The notes under the pieces were generated by a model. The model did no database searches. It was given only the letters and a program-made list of their open reading frames with translations, and was not told the origin of the DNA. Below are positions 35,301 through 48,199 of a stretch of DNA of 64,000 nucleotides, piece after piece. The translations under genes and the position numbers were made by a program. Numbering within the stretch: position 1 is the first letter of the stretch; each line of letters begins with the position of its first letter. Origin of the DNA: Convolutriloba macropyga (taxonomy: Eukaryota); the NCBI RefSeq assembly GCF_964194025.1, contig NC_134473.1, positions 5,332,001 to 5,396,000 on the forward strand, given 5' to 3'.

Positions 35301-35604
35301 CACCCAGCAGAAAATGATTGAAGCACGGGGTCTTAGAAAAACGAGTCATTTTGAATTATTGAAAATATTCGGCGCATATTTAAAGTGCCGAAATGATTTA
35401 ATTTGCACAACAGCTACATTAATTAGCCGAACTTACAAAATTTATTTCCATATTAACATACTGTTTTAGTAATCTGAGGGAAGCATTAATAGAACAAAAC
35501 GCCTCCATTCTCCGTTAAACCACAATATTATTACCCCCTCAGATACAAAAACTAACATTAAAAAAAGAAACGTCTTTCATTCAAAATTACCAAAATTTTT
35601 GTAT

Positions 35605-36900
35605 ATGACTATTTTAGAAATGTTTAATAGTACAACCACGCTTGACACCGACAGCTTGATCGAAAATATTGGCCCAGCTGCAATGGATCTTCTAACAGGT
35701 GCTCTTGGGCTTTTTGGTTTGGGGTTGACCCTCTGGAGCTACAAAAGGGTCTGTCGTTTACGAGAACAACTAATGTCAAAAAGGATCCTAAAATTTATAC
35801 TTCTTCACGACAGTGTTGGTTTGACTTTCAATGGAGTTACATACAGCGCTCTAAAACTCGGAGGAATTCATCTCGCAAATTACCAGTCGACTTATGTCAA
35901 GGTATTTCAGATCCTTGCTTCGGGAAGCGTTCTCGTATCGTTGCTTAATCTTGCATTGACCGCTTTCGATCGCACACTCAAAGCAATTCGACCCGCAGTC
36001 CATCGAACTGCGTCAAACAAGCGCTGGGTGCAAACTGCGTTATTTGCAGCTCCGTTTATAGGATACCTTCTGATAATCCCAGGAGTAAAGTTTTGCAATT
36101 TTTACCAAAACGATTGCAGATTGAATTTACTGAGCTCAGAATTTCAATTTTTGTTGCCTTTCTCAATTAACGTTGTTTATTTTGGATTTGCTTTATTCGT
36201 CATGACTGTTTGCAATTCGGTTGTATTGTTCAAAAGCACTTTTCTGAGAAGCAAACGGCAGCAGAGAAATAAAAGAGTAATCGAAATGTCGTCGAGAAGT
36301 CACTCCAAGTCACAACAAAATTCATGTGCCCGAAGCGTCAATATCCCGTGTGACACAAGAATTTATAAACTAAACAAACAAAGCCCATGTCGCAGAAATT
36401 CCGATTCCGATCGTTTCAAAAGTACAAATACTGTAAAGTATTTAAACAATTATGACTTCAAACCTAGAACTGACGGACCATATGAGATCAGCACTCGCAA
36501 GACATCAAGACAAAGCGCTGCAGAATTGGATTGGGACAACATGAAAGACCATTTTGAGAACATCGGACAACTGAATTTTTCGATAAAACGGCAGCGGAAG
36601 CAAAACTTGCCAAGTCATGATGTGAAAATGGTCGGCAACGGTACCCCGAACAAACCAAACATTCTCAGACTCTTAATTATTTTCAACACATCGTACACGA
36701 TTCTTGTGTTTACTATCAGTTATATTAGCAATCAAGGTTTCAAAAAAGAAGGCGATGAGAACGGGTACGAGTTTGCATTGTCATTCATGCAATTTGCAAC
36801 AGTTGTGAATCAAATGTTGACTACTCTGTTCCTATATATGTCCAATCAAGAATTTCGACAAAATTTGACACCGAAAAACCGTTCGTCAGTTGAAGCTTGA
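35605..36900 (+). CDS. orphan rhodopsin-like (class A) GPCR, intronless, long third intracellular loop
   Basis: Seven hydrophobic segments, TM2 L..HD, TM3 LALTAFDRT (DRY-like) followed by AIRP, ECL2 cysteines, TM7/H8 FLYMSNQEFRQ, N-terminal NST sequon. Confidence 0.8.
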   Translation: MTILEMFNSTTTLDTDSLIENIGPAAMDLLTGALGLFGLGLTLWSYKRVCRLREQLMSKRILKFILLHDSVGLTFNGVTYSALKLGGIHLANYQSTYVKVFQILASGSVLVSLLNLALTAFDRTLKAIRPAVHRTASNKRWVQTALFAAPFIGYLLIIPGVKFCNFYQNDCRLNLLSSEFQFLLPFSINVVYFGFALFVMTVCNSVVLFKSTFLRSKRQQRNKRVIEMSSRSHSKSQQNSCARSVNIPCDTRIYKLNKQSPCRRNSDSDRFKSTNTVKYLNNYDFKPRTDGPYEISTRKTSRQSAAELDWDNMKDHFENIGQLNFSIKRQRKQNLPSHDVKMVGNGTPNKPNILRLLIIFNTSYTILVFTISYISNQGFKKEGDENGYEFALSFMQFATVVNQMLTTLFLYMSNQEFRQNLTPKNRSSVEA

Positions 36901-37478
36901 CCACTAACTAAATTTTCTGTTTTCTAAAGCAGATTATTGCTAAACTAGGATTGGATAACTGAAAAACCAGTAGATCAAGTCAATTAATCACAATTCATCA
37001 TATTGACAACCCTTGTTTCGACAGGCGTTTGTTTTTCAGTTTTTAAGCGGCGCTGTGATGCTGCCTTGGTAGTTGTAACATCATTTTTACAATTTATGTC
37101 ATGTGAACCATAATTTTAGATGGTTGTATACAATTCGGGGGAAAGGGAAAGTTGCTATATATTTTATGATATACGATCTACTCTAAATGTTAGTTGAATA
37201 TGACTAGATATAAATGTAGTAAATCTGTTCTAGACATTTTTTGCTCTTAAAAGAGCAACTACTTAATTTTATATCAGTCCATTCGAGTACTGAGTTTAAA
37301 TATTTCCCTCATTTGTTCAGCACTCTACAGTAATTTGTCACAGGAAATGCTGTAAATAATCTTCAGTGTCTCTTTCCCTCAATATCACGCCTTCGCTTTT
37401 ATATTCTTAGAACAGTTAATTTTCAATGTTCAATTTCTTTTATCCAAAAACAAAATCTAAAATTGATATAGAGAATTT

Positions 37479-38009
37479 CTACGCCGGAAACGGTCCTTTA
37501 GCTTGGTCTTGTTTAAAATTGTACTTTTTGAACAAGTACCAAACACGTTTATTCATCAATCTAACTTCTTTTGTACTCAGCTGCCCTTTTAAAGCCTTCC
37601 GTTTTGCCAAAACCCGCTTTAGTTCATTAGTGCCAGAATTTTTGACCCAGTACGGCGCGTTTATATTACGCCTCAAATCGTACTCCTGATCTGATAAAAC
37701 GTCGTAAAAATCTTTAGTTCCTTTATTTTTGCTTTCAGACGAAAACGGATCAACATCTTTTCGTTCTTCGTTCAGCTTCAAATCAATCGGAGGCTTCGTA
37801 TGATCTCTGATAGGTTCCGGGAGCTTCGTATAACGTCCGTCGGATCCGAAGCCGTGTTTAACTCTATACTCTTCGAGATCTCCGTGACGAAAGCCAAGCT
37901 GGCTTTTCCTCGAGAGAATTTGAGATGTAGATAAGCATCTCGTGGCCACGAACGAATTTAGAGCATTTAATGATTTCAAGCTGAGCATGATTTGATTAAA
38001 GATTCGCAT
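37479..38009 (-). CDS. MRPL51: mitochondrial large-subunit ribosomal protein mL51
   Basis: Basic/hydroxylated presequence (RCLSTS) then APYWVKNSGTNELKRVLAKRK..MNKRVWYLFKKYN, matching the mL51 pattern P.W....NEL.R...RK..NKR..YL.K..N; start could also be ATG 37988. Confidence 0.8.
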   Translation of the reverse strand: MRIFNQIMLSLKSLNALNSFVATRCLSTSQILSRKSQLGFRHGDLEEYRVKHGFGSDGRYTKLPEPIRDHTKPPIDLKLNEERKDVDPFSSESKNKGTKDFYDVLSDQEYDLRRNINAPYWVKNSGTNELKRVLAKRKALKGQLSTKEVRLMNKRVWYLFKKYNFKQDQAKGPFPA

Positions 38010-41000
38010 CAATCATTTCTGAAATCAAAAGTGATCCATGATTTTGAAGTTTCTCTGACCCTGTTTGTCAATTTGAAATCATATCTAGACTTTGTTCATA
38101 TGATTTGTTTGAAGATATCAAAGTGCCTTAAAAGACGGTCTGTTATAATAACAAATGAACAACTTACTGATTCGCTTTCGATGTTTTAACAGATCTTTGA
38201 ATAACATGATACCTAGAAGATCATCAATCCAGTTCTTCAATCATTCAAGCAAACATCACATCAAACATCACTTCGAAGATGTAAGATGAAATAACTAACT
38301 ATTGAAAACTTAATTGCTTTTAGTGTTGCAGCTTCCGTAAAATCTGTTCACGCCTAAAAGTTTGTGGCCCACAATAAAATCACACAAATTCGAGTTATTA
38401 TTTTGAGGAAAACAATTAATAAACATAACCCACCAACGCCGAGCGAATTGCTCTCAAACGACCAGCGAGCTGTTGGCTTTGGTAGTACCCAGCTTGGGAG
38501 AGATGCTAGCACGCGGAGTGAGCGGTGGTGGGGGGAGGGAGGCGGAGTTACGGGCGTGGGGGTCAAGCGATGAGGGGGTAGGGTTGCGCAGGCTGGACGA
38601 GAGGGGGGTTCTAAACCACCCGGTAGAGGAGTGTGGGGTGGACTGGGGGCGTGCTGGGGGTGAAGGGGTAAGTGGGAGGGGGTGACCTATGGGGGTCAAA
38701 ATTTTAAGAATAAGAAAAGCCCTTAACACCATGAAAAAAGACTGGTATAAGGCTCTAGGAGTCCTTAAGGCCTTCCGGGCGTTAACTGTTTATCCCGTTT
38801 TTGAGGACGAAAAGTCAAATGGATCAGACAAAAAACAGAGCAAGCGAAAACGACCACAGGACCAATATTGCTACAAACTTTGAGATCAATTAATAAAGTC
38901 AAATAATTAATCTAACGCCATTTCTGAAAATAATTATCCATTGCGCCGCATTTGGCTTCTTAAAACATTGCTGTATCTAACTAACCATTCATTAGATGTT
39001 AAGATCCAAAATAATCATCCTTTCTCGAAAATAAACAATTTTCAGTCAAACTCCAGAACACTTTAATGCTCCAATTAGAAGTTGCGTTGAAATCAAGCTG
39101 CATGTTGCTTTCAAATTCATTATATTTTGGTGATCAATTGATTCAAGAGTAGTTAACAAAAAAAATCCTTCGCTTTTGTTTTAAGCTACACGTTGAAATC
39201 CAGTGTGACCAAAATCACTCCGCAAATTTGACTTTTAAATGACGGCAAAATCATTTAATAGTCTGAGGAGTTCTTTAAAAACAAGACAGCCAACAACAAC
39301 CCAAAGTATATGAAATGAATAATATAAGAACTCAAAAAAACTACCTGAAATCATTAGACTGCACCTAACTACCAATGTTGCTTGTTGTTTTCAATGATTG
39401 ACACAAATATGAACAAAAATGAATTTCCATAGCGGCATAAAATGTAATTAATATCAAAAAATTCTCAAAAAATGGGATCTTTCAAACCTCAGTCTAACCT
39501 AAAGAAGCAAGCAATGCGAAATCAGTAGCTGTCGGTCGCTTTTCGGTCATTTCTGCTTGCAGGCCGTGCTGTCTCTAAATTATCACTTCTTAGTTTTACA
39601 GGTTCGATATGAAATATCTTGTGATTTTTCCCAAATTTTCTTGTGATATAAAATTTTCATGTGATTTTTCCCAAATTTTCATCATTAATTAACTAACTAT
39701 AGATAATCTCAAATGCTTTCCTTGTTACTCAAAACTTTATTAAAATTGTAAAACGAACTGAACAACGGGTTAAAGGACAGGCTAACACGGATAATAAAAG
39801 GGTTTAAAATTAATTAGAAGAGGCTAAAAATTGTAGAAAAACTCGAAAAACTCAAACATATAGTTGGTCAAAAATGGTTCCAAAACTTCCTCAAAAAAGA
39901 GAAATTCCAAACGCTTTGTTTGCAGAGAAATTCCAGAGGCAGGAGGTGTAGATTGCTACCACACAAGCTAGTCTGCAATTCCCTCAAAAAAATCAAAGTG
40001 GGGCTAGCATTGTTTCACATTTTGAAAAAACGTGGGAACAATGATTGTTTGAAAAAACTCTGACAAAATGACAAGTAGAGTTTGTTTTTGAATCTCAGAT
40101 GGTACTGCAGAATAAATGATTGCTTATTTTCTCTCACGGGATATGCACCAATGCAAAACCATTTTGGAGACAAAATCCCATTGTTTTAACTTGCGAAAGC
40201 CTTTGAAACTATTGTTATATTTAAAGCTCCCTTTGAAATAGTTTTCAATTACAGTTAAATCAATTTCATCAACCTCTTGCTTCGAAGAAAATATTAAAAT
40301 ATTAAATTTATAATGTTTGAAATGAGCAAAGGAGTCAGACATATCTTCAATCAGAAAGACTAAAAACTATCACAAATAGAGTCAAAGTTCTAAACGAGAC
40401 TATAGATTTGCATAATTTTGAAACAAAAAACGTCCTATTGAGCTGCAAACGTAACCTGTCTTGCTATGTCTCAAAAACAGCTTAAATTGGCTATTGTGTG
40501 GAATAAGACACAATTTTTCTAACAATTTGAGCAAAATTAACCAATAATCATTATAACAGGCACACGATAATCACTCATTATACAATTTATTCAGAAGAAA
40601 ACGCCTAACGAAACTTCGTTTTGTCAAATTATAAAAACTAGTGTAAGAAGAGTTAACTTAAGTACGAAGAAATTGTTCACACCCTTCATAATTTTACGTA
40701 ATTATAGCCGCAATAAATCCTTATTCAAAAAATTCAGCTTCTTTAGAAGCAGCAAAAACAACCGCAAACGCGAAAATGTGCAACAGTATCACAAAATGAA
40801 CAAAGTTTTAAAACCCTCTAACTGAATATATCTGTTCAAACGGCTTTCCAAAGATATCACTCATATAAATAATGCTACACAGGATCTACCAAAAGGCAAA
40901 AATGCATTGACCCTAAAGGGAGTCAGAACAAAAAACTATTTCAAACTCAAATTACAATTAACTACACAGAAGCTACTTTAGTTATTTATTCAGAAACACT

Positions 41001-42970
41001 ACATTTGAGGCATTCTCTTATTGATGCGTTGATGTGCACTCGAAAATAACAAGAAACTAATAAAAAACAGCATCCCTCGAAAAAAAAAATGGCCAGAGAA
41101 ATCATCTAGATCTGTTTTTCAAGGTAAAAACAAGTAGGTAGATCCATACCGGTTATTTCGATGTTTCACTCGAGCACTAACAAACCATTAATAGCCATTT
41201 TCTTAAAAACATTCCAAGAAAACTGAACCAAAACAATAAATTTTTTACTTTGATTGCAACCAATCTACAAGGACAATAATGTGGATATAATTTAGAGCAC
41301 ATAATTGATGTCAATATTCTGAACAAATTACCTCGAAGTTGTTAGAATCTGTTTTTATGATTAATCACCGGTCCATACAAAAAAACAGACAATAGTTTTA
41401 TCAAATGTTGCAAATATTTAAGACATTTTGCAAATTCTACGTCGGAAATAATGATCACCAAATACAGCAGAGCGATTTCAACAAAAATGGGTGAGTAAAA
41501 AAACACAGAATTTGTCAGCGAAAACGCAACAGGAAATGAAAAAAAAACTTAAATTATAGTTTTTTCTTTTCGCGTGACGAGTATCAGCAATTAAATATTT
41601 TGCATGTTTGAACAATTTTAATCTTAGCGAACACTTGAGAATCAAATATTCGGGTAAATTCAAAGTTATCTAAGCGACCCATCACTCAAAACTAAAATTT
41701 CAAATTTTCAAGTTCATAAATATTTATAATTCAAATATTAATTTTTCTACGGATGCGGAAACGGTGATATGCATTTTTTAGCAGTGAGTAAAATAAATTC
41801 TATAGTTAATTAGAAACCAAAAAATGCTTACTAATTGGTGTGAGAAAAGAAAAGAGAAAACTTGATCACACATCACAGAGAATTCGGTTTGGTTTTTCTT
41901 TAACCAAAGACACAGTTCAAACTCAGACAATATAATTACTCAAATACAAGTGAAATATTGCACTTTAAATTTATTTCCTGTAGAGTAAGCATACTTTTTC
42001 TACTTAACTTTTAGATTTTGGAGATGATAACTGATGACTGAGGAGAATCTACTTGCAAGATATTTGGAGTGAATATGCAAAAACCTGGGGAAAAGTTGGG
42101 GGACTCTAAGTTATTTTCTTGTTTCCTCTACCTGGGCCCTATGGCATGAAAACAAAAAATGGGTTCCCTTAATGGTAAATAAACGCACTCATGTCGGCCA
42201 TACGATAGTCACTCCATTTCGATTCCCTGACCTCAAAAATATGAGTAACGTTGGACGAATTCGTGTCAAACGACTGGCTAGGGGTTGGTTTTCGTACTCG
42301 CTAGTTTAGGCCTAGCTAGCCCCTGGGTGAGGGGCATGAAAAGTACTGAAAGCCCAGGGATTTCCAATTTATCCCGTTTCTCAGGGTGAAATTTATGGGT
42401 CCGACAAAAAATCGGCATCAACATATCTCAAAAAACAAGAAAATTTTCCCTAATTTCAGGGTCGAACTAATATTACTTGATCAAATTTTGGTAAATGAAC
42501 AAATAATGTACAAAGATGGTCGAGCATGCTGGCTTTGACCTCAGTTGTTTTAAAGCAACTTACGAAATATATACTTGACTTTTTGTAGAAAAAAAAAAAG
42601 AGACGAATTCGAAAAAACCGACTTGATAGCTAATCAAATAACTAAATTAGCTGCTTGCGAATTTTTTCATAACTAGATTTAAGAAGCAAAGTATTTGCTT
42701 GATGCAAAAACAATTTCAAACATGCTAGCAATTTTATCAGTCAATTCCTTCTAACTACGTTTGAAATCAACTAAGAAGTCGCGGATAGAGGCCTGGAGCA
42801 ATATTTGCCACTTTCAGAGCAGATATTTATTAGAAACGTATCAAACGGTAGAATTGCAAACATATAATCTATCGGAAAATGGTTGTCAGTCAATCTCATC
42901 AAATCTACAATTTAATTCTGTCATAATACAAAAGAATAAATTTTTCGTCTCAATTTCTGCCCAAAGTAGA

Positions 42971-43275
42971 TCAGAATGAAGAATCATCTTCCTTCCTCGC
43001 AAATTTGTAAATGGACGATGCCAAAAATATGCACAAGTTTTGGGCCATTATTCCAATTCCGGCCCATAGTGGGGGCGCGTCATTTTCGTTCTGTTTCACA
43101 ACATACCCTCCAATGAATATCCAAATACTGGCAATCACAGCTCCGAAGGCCAGCATGAATCCGAGGAAGAGCCAGATTCTGGCCAGCATCGGACTGAGGC
43201 AGGTGTCAACATCACCACGTATCACCCCATTTGACAGGGCATTCACCATGAAGAATGATATCGTTCCACATACAC
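42971..43275 (-). CDS. TMEM50: transmembrane protein 50 (Vps68/UPF0220 family), exon 2 of 2
   Basis: Acceptor GAACGCAG|GT; GVCGTISFFMVNALSN..ARIWLFLGFMLAFG..QNLCIF..YKFAR; spliced CDS 498 nt = 165 aa. Confidence 0.93.
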
Positions 43276-46035
43276 CTGCGTTCGAAAACATCATTGAATT
43301 CAATATTATAGATAATTCTATAATCAGAGAAACGCGTCCGTTAGAACTGCTACCCTAATAAACAAGCTTTGGGTCTTACCCATTGCACCCCCAGCTTAGT
43401 GGTCATGTAACGTTTACCCCCATCATGGTAAACACCATAACCTGGGGCTTTAATTTCGTGGGTGGGGGATTAATGGAAAACAGCATAATTTTTGTTTTCA
43501 TACGGCTGTCTGAATAAACTGATGTCTCGTTTTTGCATTCATTGCAGTTTCTGCCGCCCAAGAGTTGGGAATAACCGGAGGGACCAAACATGTGCTAATA
43601 TAAAGGTGTATAATTTCAATAACAGATGATAGTATTCGACCAAGTGGAAAAAAAATTATGATGTAAAAATAAAATTTATCGTCCAATGAACAGAGCGGAG
43701 ACATCCGCACGGAAGAATTCATATATGCTTACACTTACACTCAGCAAACATAGCCGGCAGATTGCCGGAATAGCTGCGAAAGACTAGACCTGCGTGCCAT
43801 AAAATAGAGATAGAAACAGATACAGATCTAAATTGAAAAAAAAATCGATGCCGCTCAAAAAACTAGGTAAAAAACATTCAGCGATAAATTAATAACGCTT
43901 GTTAAAATTCATTCCACAGAAGCCTCTTATTAGGGACCTTTACTGCACATATGAGTTCCTTTGACCTTAAACAAATTCAAATGAAACTTAAGTTTTAAAG
44001 TGCAAAAGTCATTTTATTGAGTGAGGTAAGTCACGTATGATCAAAATCTAATCACGCAAATAACCTAAAACCTTTTGCTAAAGCGAGTGAGAAATGACGT
44101 CACGCGCGCAAATGCCGTTAGTGAGAGGAAGAAGTCATTCAAAAAATTTGACTTTTTCAGCTTTGCTGTGTGAACAAATGTAAAACGAAAAAAGAGCGTC
44201 AGACGACGAAACAAAAAAAACATAGCCGGAAGAATTCCGGAAGCGACTCGAAGCGTAAAAACTTGACAAAAACCCTAATTGCAGCTAAAGCCATTACCTT
44301 TTTTTAATAAACCATGAACTTATTGCCCCCCCCCCCCCCCCCCCTCCGGTCTGATCTAAAAATTGGTGAAATTTAAACCACTGTCACCAAGAGAAACAAA
44401 ATGCCGCAAATTATTTATTATTGAAAACGTTTGGTAAGGATAAGTGCAAAATAATTAGGATAGTCAAAACACTGATAGTCTCAAACAGCTGACAGGGCTA
44501 TCAACTGCCCTCAAATAATTCATGATGCTAATCTCAAAAAGATCGCTAAAGCAAACGGCAGATAAAAATAACTTAGAAACTAAATTAAATTTTCCAAAAA
44601 ATAATGCTCAAAGTTAAGAATCAGAAAACTACTACAGTTAGATTTCTCATCACTGCAATAAAGACAAACACAACATATATTTTTTCTTCTTGTATATATG
44701 CTAGACAACATGATTTCAAACTAACTCAAAAATTAAAATAATCATAGAAAAGCAACCGAGTAATATTTAAAGGCAAAAAAATGTTTAAGAACAATACCAA
44801 GGTCGGAAAAAAATACAAAAAAAAGTAACAAGTAGCAATTCTGGAAAAGAAAAGGCTTTCCAGTAAACTCTTAGTACTGCCTTATGTTGAACGAAATCAA
44901 TTGCAACCCAAAGAAATGACAAAAATCTAAGAAAAAGCCGAAATCATTCAATTTGTTAATAACTGAAAAAATCAATAAAACCGGTATAAATGTAGGTGCC
45001 AGGACAGAGCTAGAAAGATACGAGCTAGAATGTGAACACTATGGACACAATGTAAGGAACACCGTAACAAACACTAATTCCTGATTTTTGAAGTTCAAAT
45101 CAAAGTTTAAAAGTTTTGAAAGTTCAAAAATCAAATTTAAAAAAACAAGAAAAACTAACACCATTTCATTTTTCAGCATTAAAGACATAGAAAATACAAC
45201 GATACATCCGAGACAAAAATACATCCTCCTGAACAGATCAAAAAAAAAGAAATCAAACATACGAAACATTGAAACATTTTGCAAAAAAAGGTCAAAAAAT
45301 TATTAGGACTGCATTTATAAAAAAAATTTAACTGTTTTTCAAAAATTTAACGCTAAAAAATTATTGACATTTTTATCGAAACGAAATTAAAGCCCCTCAT
45401 GTTGCACAAAAAGAATATTGCTAGTAATTAAAACCAAAATATAGACAAAAAACAGAGAAAAATAGGAAAAAAAATACCAAAATCGGATTAGCATATGTAC
45501 AATTTTATAAAACAAAATTACATCGAGGAAAAAAGAGGCATCGAGTATATGAATTGTCAACGGGAAGTTGTCATATTGACTGATTTTTGACAAAAAGACG
45601 TCTAAAAGATCCAAAAATGAAGAAAACAATAGGAAAAAAGCCAAAAATTAATTAAAAAATCAAGAAATTTATGCCAATTTTGAATTTGAAACGCGTTTTC
45701 AGGCTCTGCAAAACACTGTGCTATTAATTTTCAAGGTTTACATTTCAATATAGCATCGAATAAAAATCATTTCTACAAAAAACCAAATTACAAGCAAAAA
45801 AAATAGGCCACTTAGACGAAAAAACGGCTAAAAACGGTTATCTATATGTGCCATTCAGTCAAAAACTACTTTTCAAAGTCAAAAAGTCATTCACTAAACG
45901 CAGCGCATGATCAAAAAACTTCTCTCGCTCAGAAAAAATTAATTCACACTGCAATTTTACTCGCTTTCGCTTTTAGGTCAAAACATCGTCTGACCGAATA
46001 GTACTTCCGGTAAAAAAAAAAAAACCTTAAGAAAA

Positions 46036-46112
46036 CCAATACTCCTCTTCGAGTCGTAAAAACCAAGAGCACCGCAATATAGCTTCGCTCAGCTTACAGC
46101 TTCGCAGCTATA
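46036..46112 (+). mobile_element. Helentron/DINE-like terminus with hairpin
   Basis: Same CCAATA.TCCTCTTCGAGTCGTAAAAA motif as 15802, then CAAGAGCACCGCAA and TATAGCT...AGCTATA hairpin (46078-46112). Confidence 0.5.
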
Positions 46113-46429
46113 AAAACTTTACCTTTTTGCAGCCCTTTAATTACTTTTTAATATAGCTATCTTAAACCCAGTTAACACGCTCCTGTAAATTAAGCACAGG
46201 AGACTACCTACTGCTTTCGACAATGGTTTTTTTCACCCTGTGGCCCACGTGACTCGTTTTTCACCCCACCCCCCCCCCCCATATTTGTGATACTACAACA
46301 ATAATCTATTGCATAAAGCCATAACTGGAGAGCTCATTCTGTACTTGGGGGGGGGGGGGTGGGGGTGGGTGAGACACTTCATTCGACTTTATTTTACAAA
46401 GAATAATGTTCTTAAAGACCGCTACTCAC

Positions 46430-46622
46430 CCGCGATATGATAAGCTTTGTGCAAGTCGTCACTGTCAGTGTACCTGCATGCAGTGCCAATTAAGATCCAC
46501 CACCCTGAGAAGAAAAAGATTCCAGACACAGCAGCTGCAATCATGTTGCGTTTGTCCTCGAACTTCTCCTTAAGACCCTCGCAGCAGTCTTCGCACGATA
46601 TGCGGTCACAGAATCCGGACAT
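46430..46622 (-). CDS. TMEM50: transmembrane protein 50, exon 1 of 2
   Basis: MSGFCD..KRNMIAAAVSGIFFFSGWWILI..AYHIAG; phase-1 donor G|GTGAGT. Confidence 0.93.
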
Positions 46623-48199
46623 TGTTTTAACCAATCAAAGCACACCTTTCAAGATTATCAGTTAGCAAGAAAGACAGATAAAATATTTCACGTAGTTTTC
46701 TATGCTTCCGAATGCAGACTTGCCCTTCTCAAATTGCTGACCAGCCTAGCAAAATGCTCTGAAATACAGCACGATCAGTTAGACAAATTCTCGAAAAACT
46801 TGATAATTTTACGTTTCTCAGCAAGATAACATTTTAATATTAAAAAATGACTGTAAATTTAAACACGGAGGATTCGAATCGATTTGAAACGTCTAAGAGG
46901 AGAGGGCACAAGGACAATGAGTATTAAGTAAATCATAACGTAGAACTGTTAAAAGTTTACACTAAGTTACCAACCACTATTGAAAAACTTTTCCTTTCGG
47001 TAACAACAAGGTCATTAACATATCGACCAGTAAATTTGAATTTGCTAAGGGGAAATTTATAGGAGTGAAGAATTCAATTTTTTGTTAAATTTTTGGGTTC
47101 CAATAATGTTATCTTTCTGTTTTTGTGAGATCTTTATATAACAGCTGCACATATCAACAATTCACCAGGAATTTCAGCCGGACCTTGACGCTCATTCGCT
47201 CTTTTAACTGGTTGCCTAGTTTTCTTTTATTATTGGCGTATCTACAAATAACTTGTGGTGCGGTGGCCTTTCTGCATCTATACTGGTCAGTTATCGTGGG
47301 CGCCAATGATTCTTAAGGCAACTGAAAAAAAAAACAATTTTACTCCAAACTTGGTAGTCTGTCACTCTTATTGACTTTGAATTTGCTTAATTCTGAAGTA
47401 ACTTCCATTCTGAAATTCAACGGATCCATTGCATCAAAAGAATAATTACTCACACATGCTCACACGAAGAGGGAAATCGTACGAAAGGACAAATCGTAGG
47501 AAAAGTAAAAATTTGGTTTTGACGTTTCGTAGGAAACGTAAAAATAGGAACCGGCAGGGGCATTTAATGCAAGGAATGTGGCCTAGTAAATTTTTGTTTT
47601 GTGTGCAAGAACCGACTAGGGTGAGATTCAAACGCACGACCTCCAGAGTCCTTGACGGAATCGTCACCACTCAGCTATCAGTCCCTTGTCCTTTCTTATG
47701 CTACAATCCTTTTTACTTTAGCAGCAAACTTCACTTCGGAGTGCGAGTTATTGGGATCAAGAAGAGAGCAGCGAAGTGTAAAAAAGTCACTTGAAAAGTC
47801 ACAGAACGTTCTAGAACAAAAATGCAAAATTGTCAAGCAAAAATTTTGCATAATAAAGACACATTTTGCATAATCATATTTCGTTCGAGAGCAACTAAAA
47901 AATGAAGTCTCAAAGGATGGATTAAGTTTTTCGGTCGCATTTTAATGGTGCAACTTTTATCTCTGCAAAAGATATCGATGCTCCAAAACTGAGTCGGCAA
48001 AAATCCAGGCTGGCCTTTAAATAAATTGGAGGATTGTAATCAAGAATAGAAAATTTTTCTGTTATAAAAATAAAATCACTATCCGCTTAATGATATTTGA
48101 TATATAAACGCATAAAATTATGTAAAATCATTGAATAATGTAGAGCACCATTAGAGCATGAAATGATAGATAAGATTACATTAGCGTCCATTTCCAGAT

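Noticed and set aside
46245-46378. Poly-C / poly-G pair resembling another MITE
   Set aside because: Inverted match limited to low-complexity tracts; no TSD found
47429-47873. Basic ORFs and a CKEC..CFVC motif between TMEM50 and the sulfotransferase
   Set aside because: Fragmentary and not assignable to a family; possibly a TE relic
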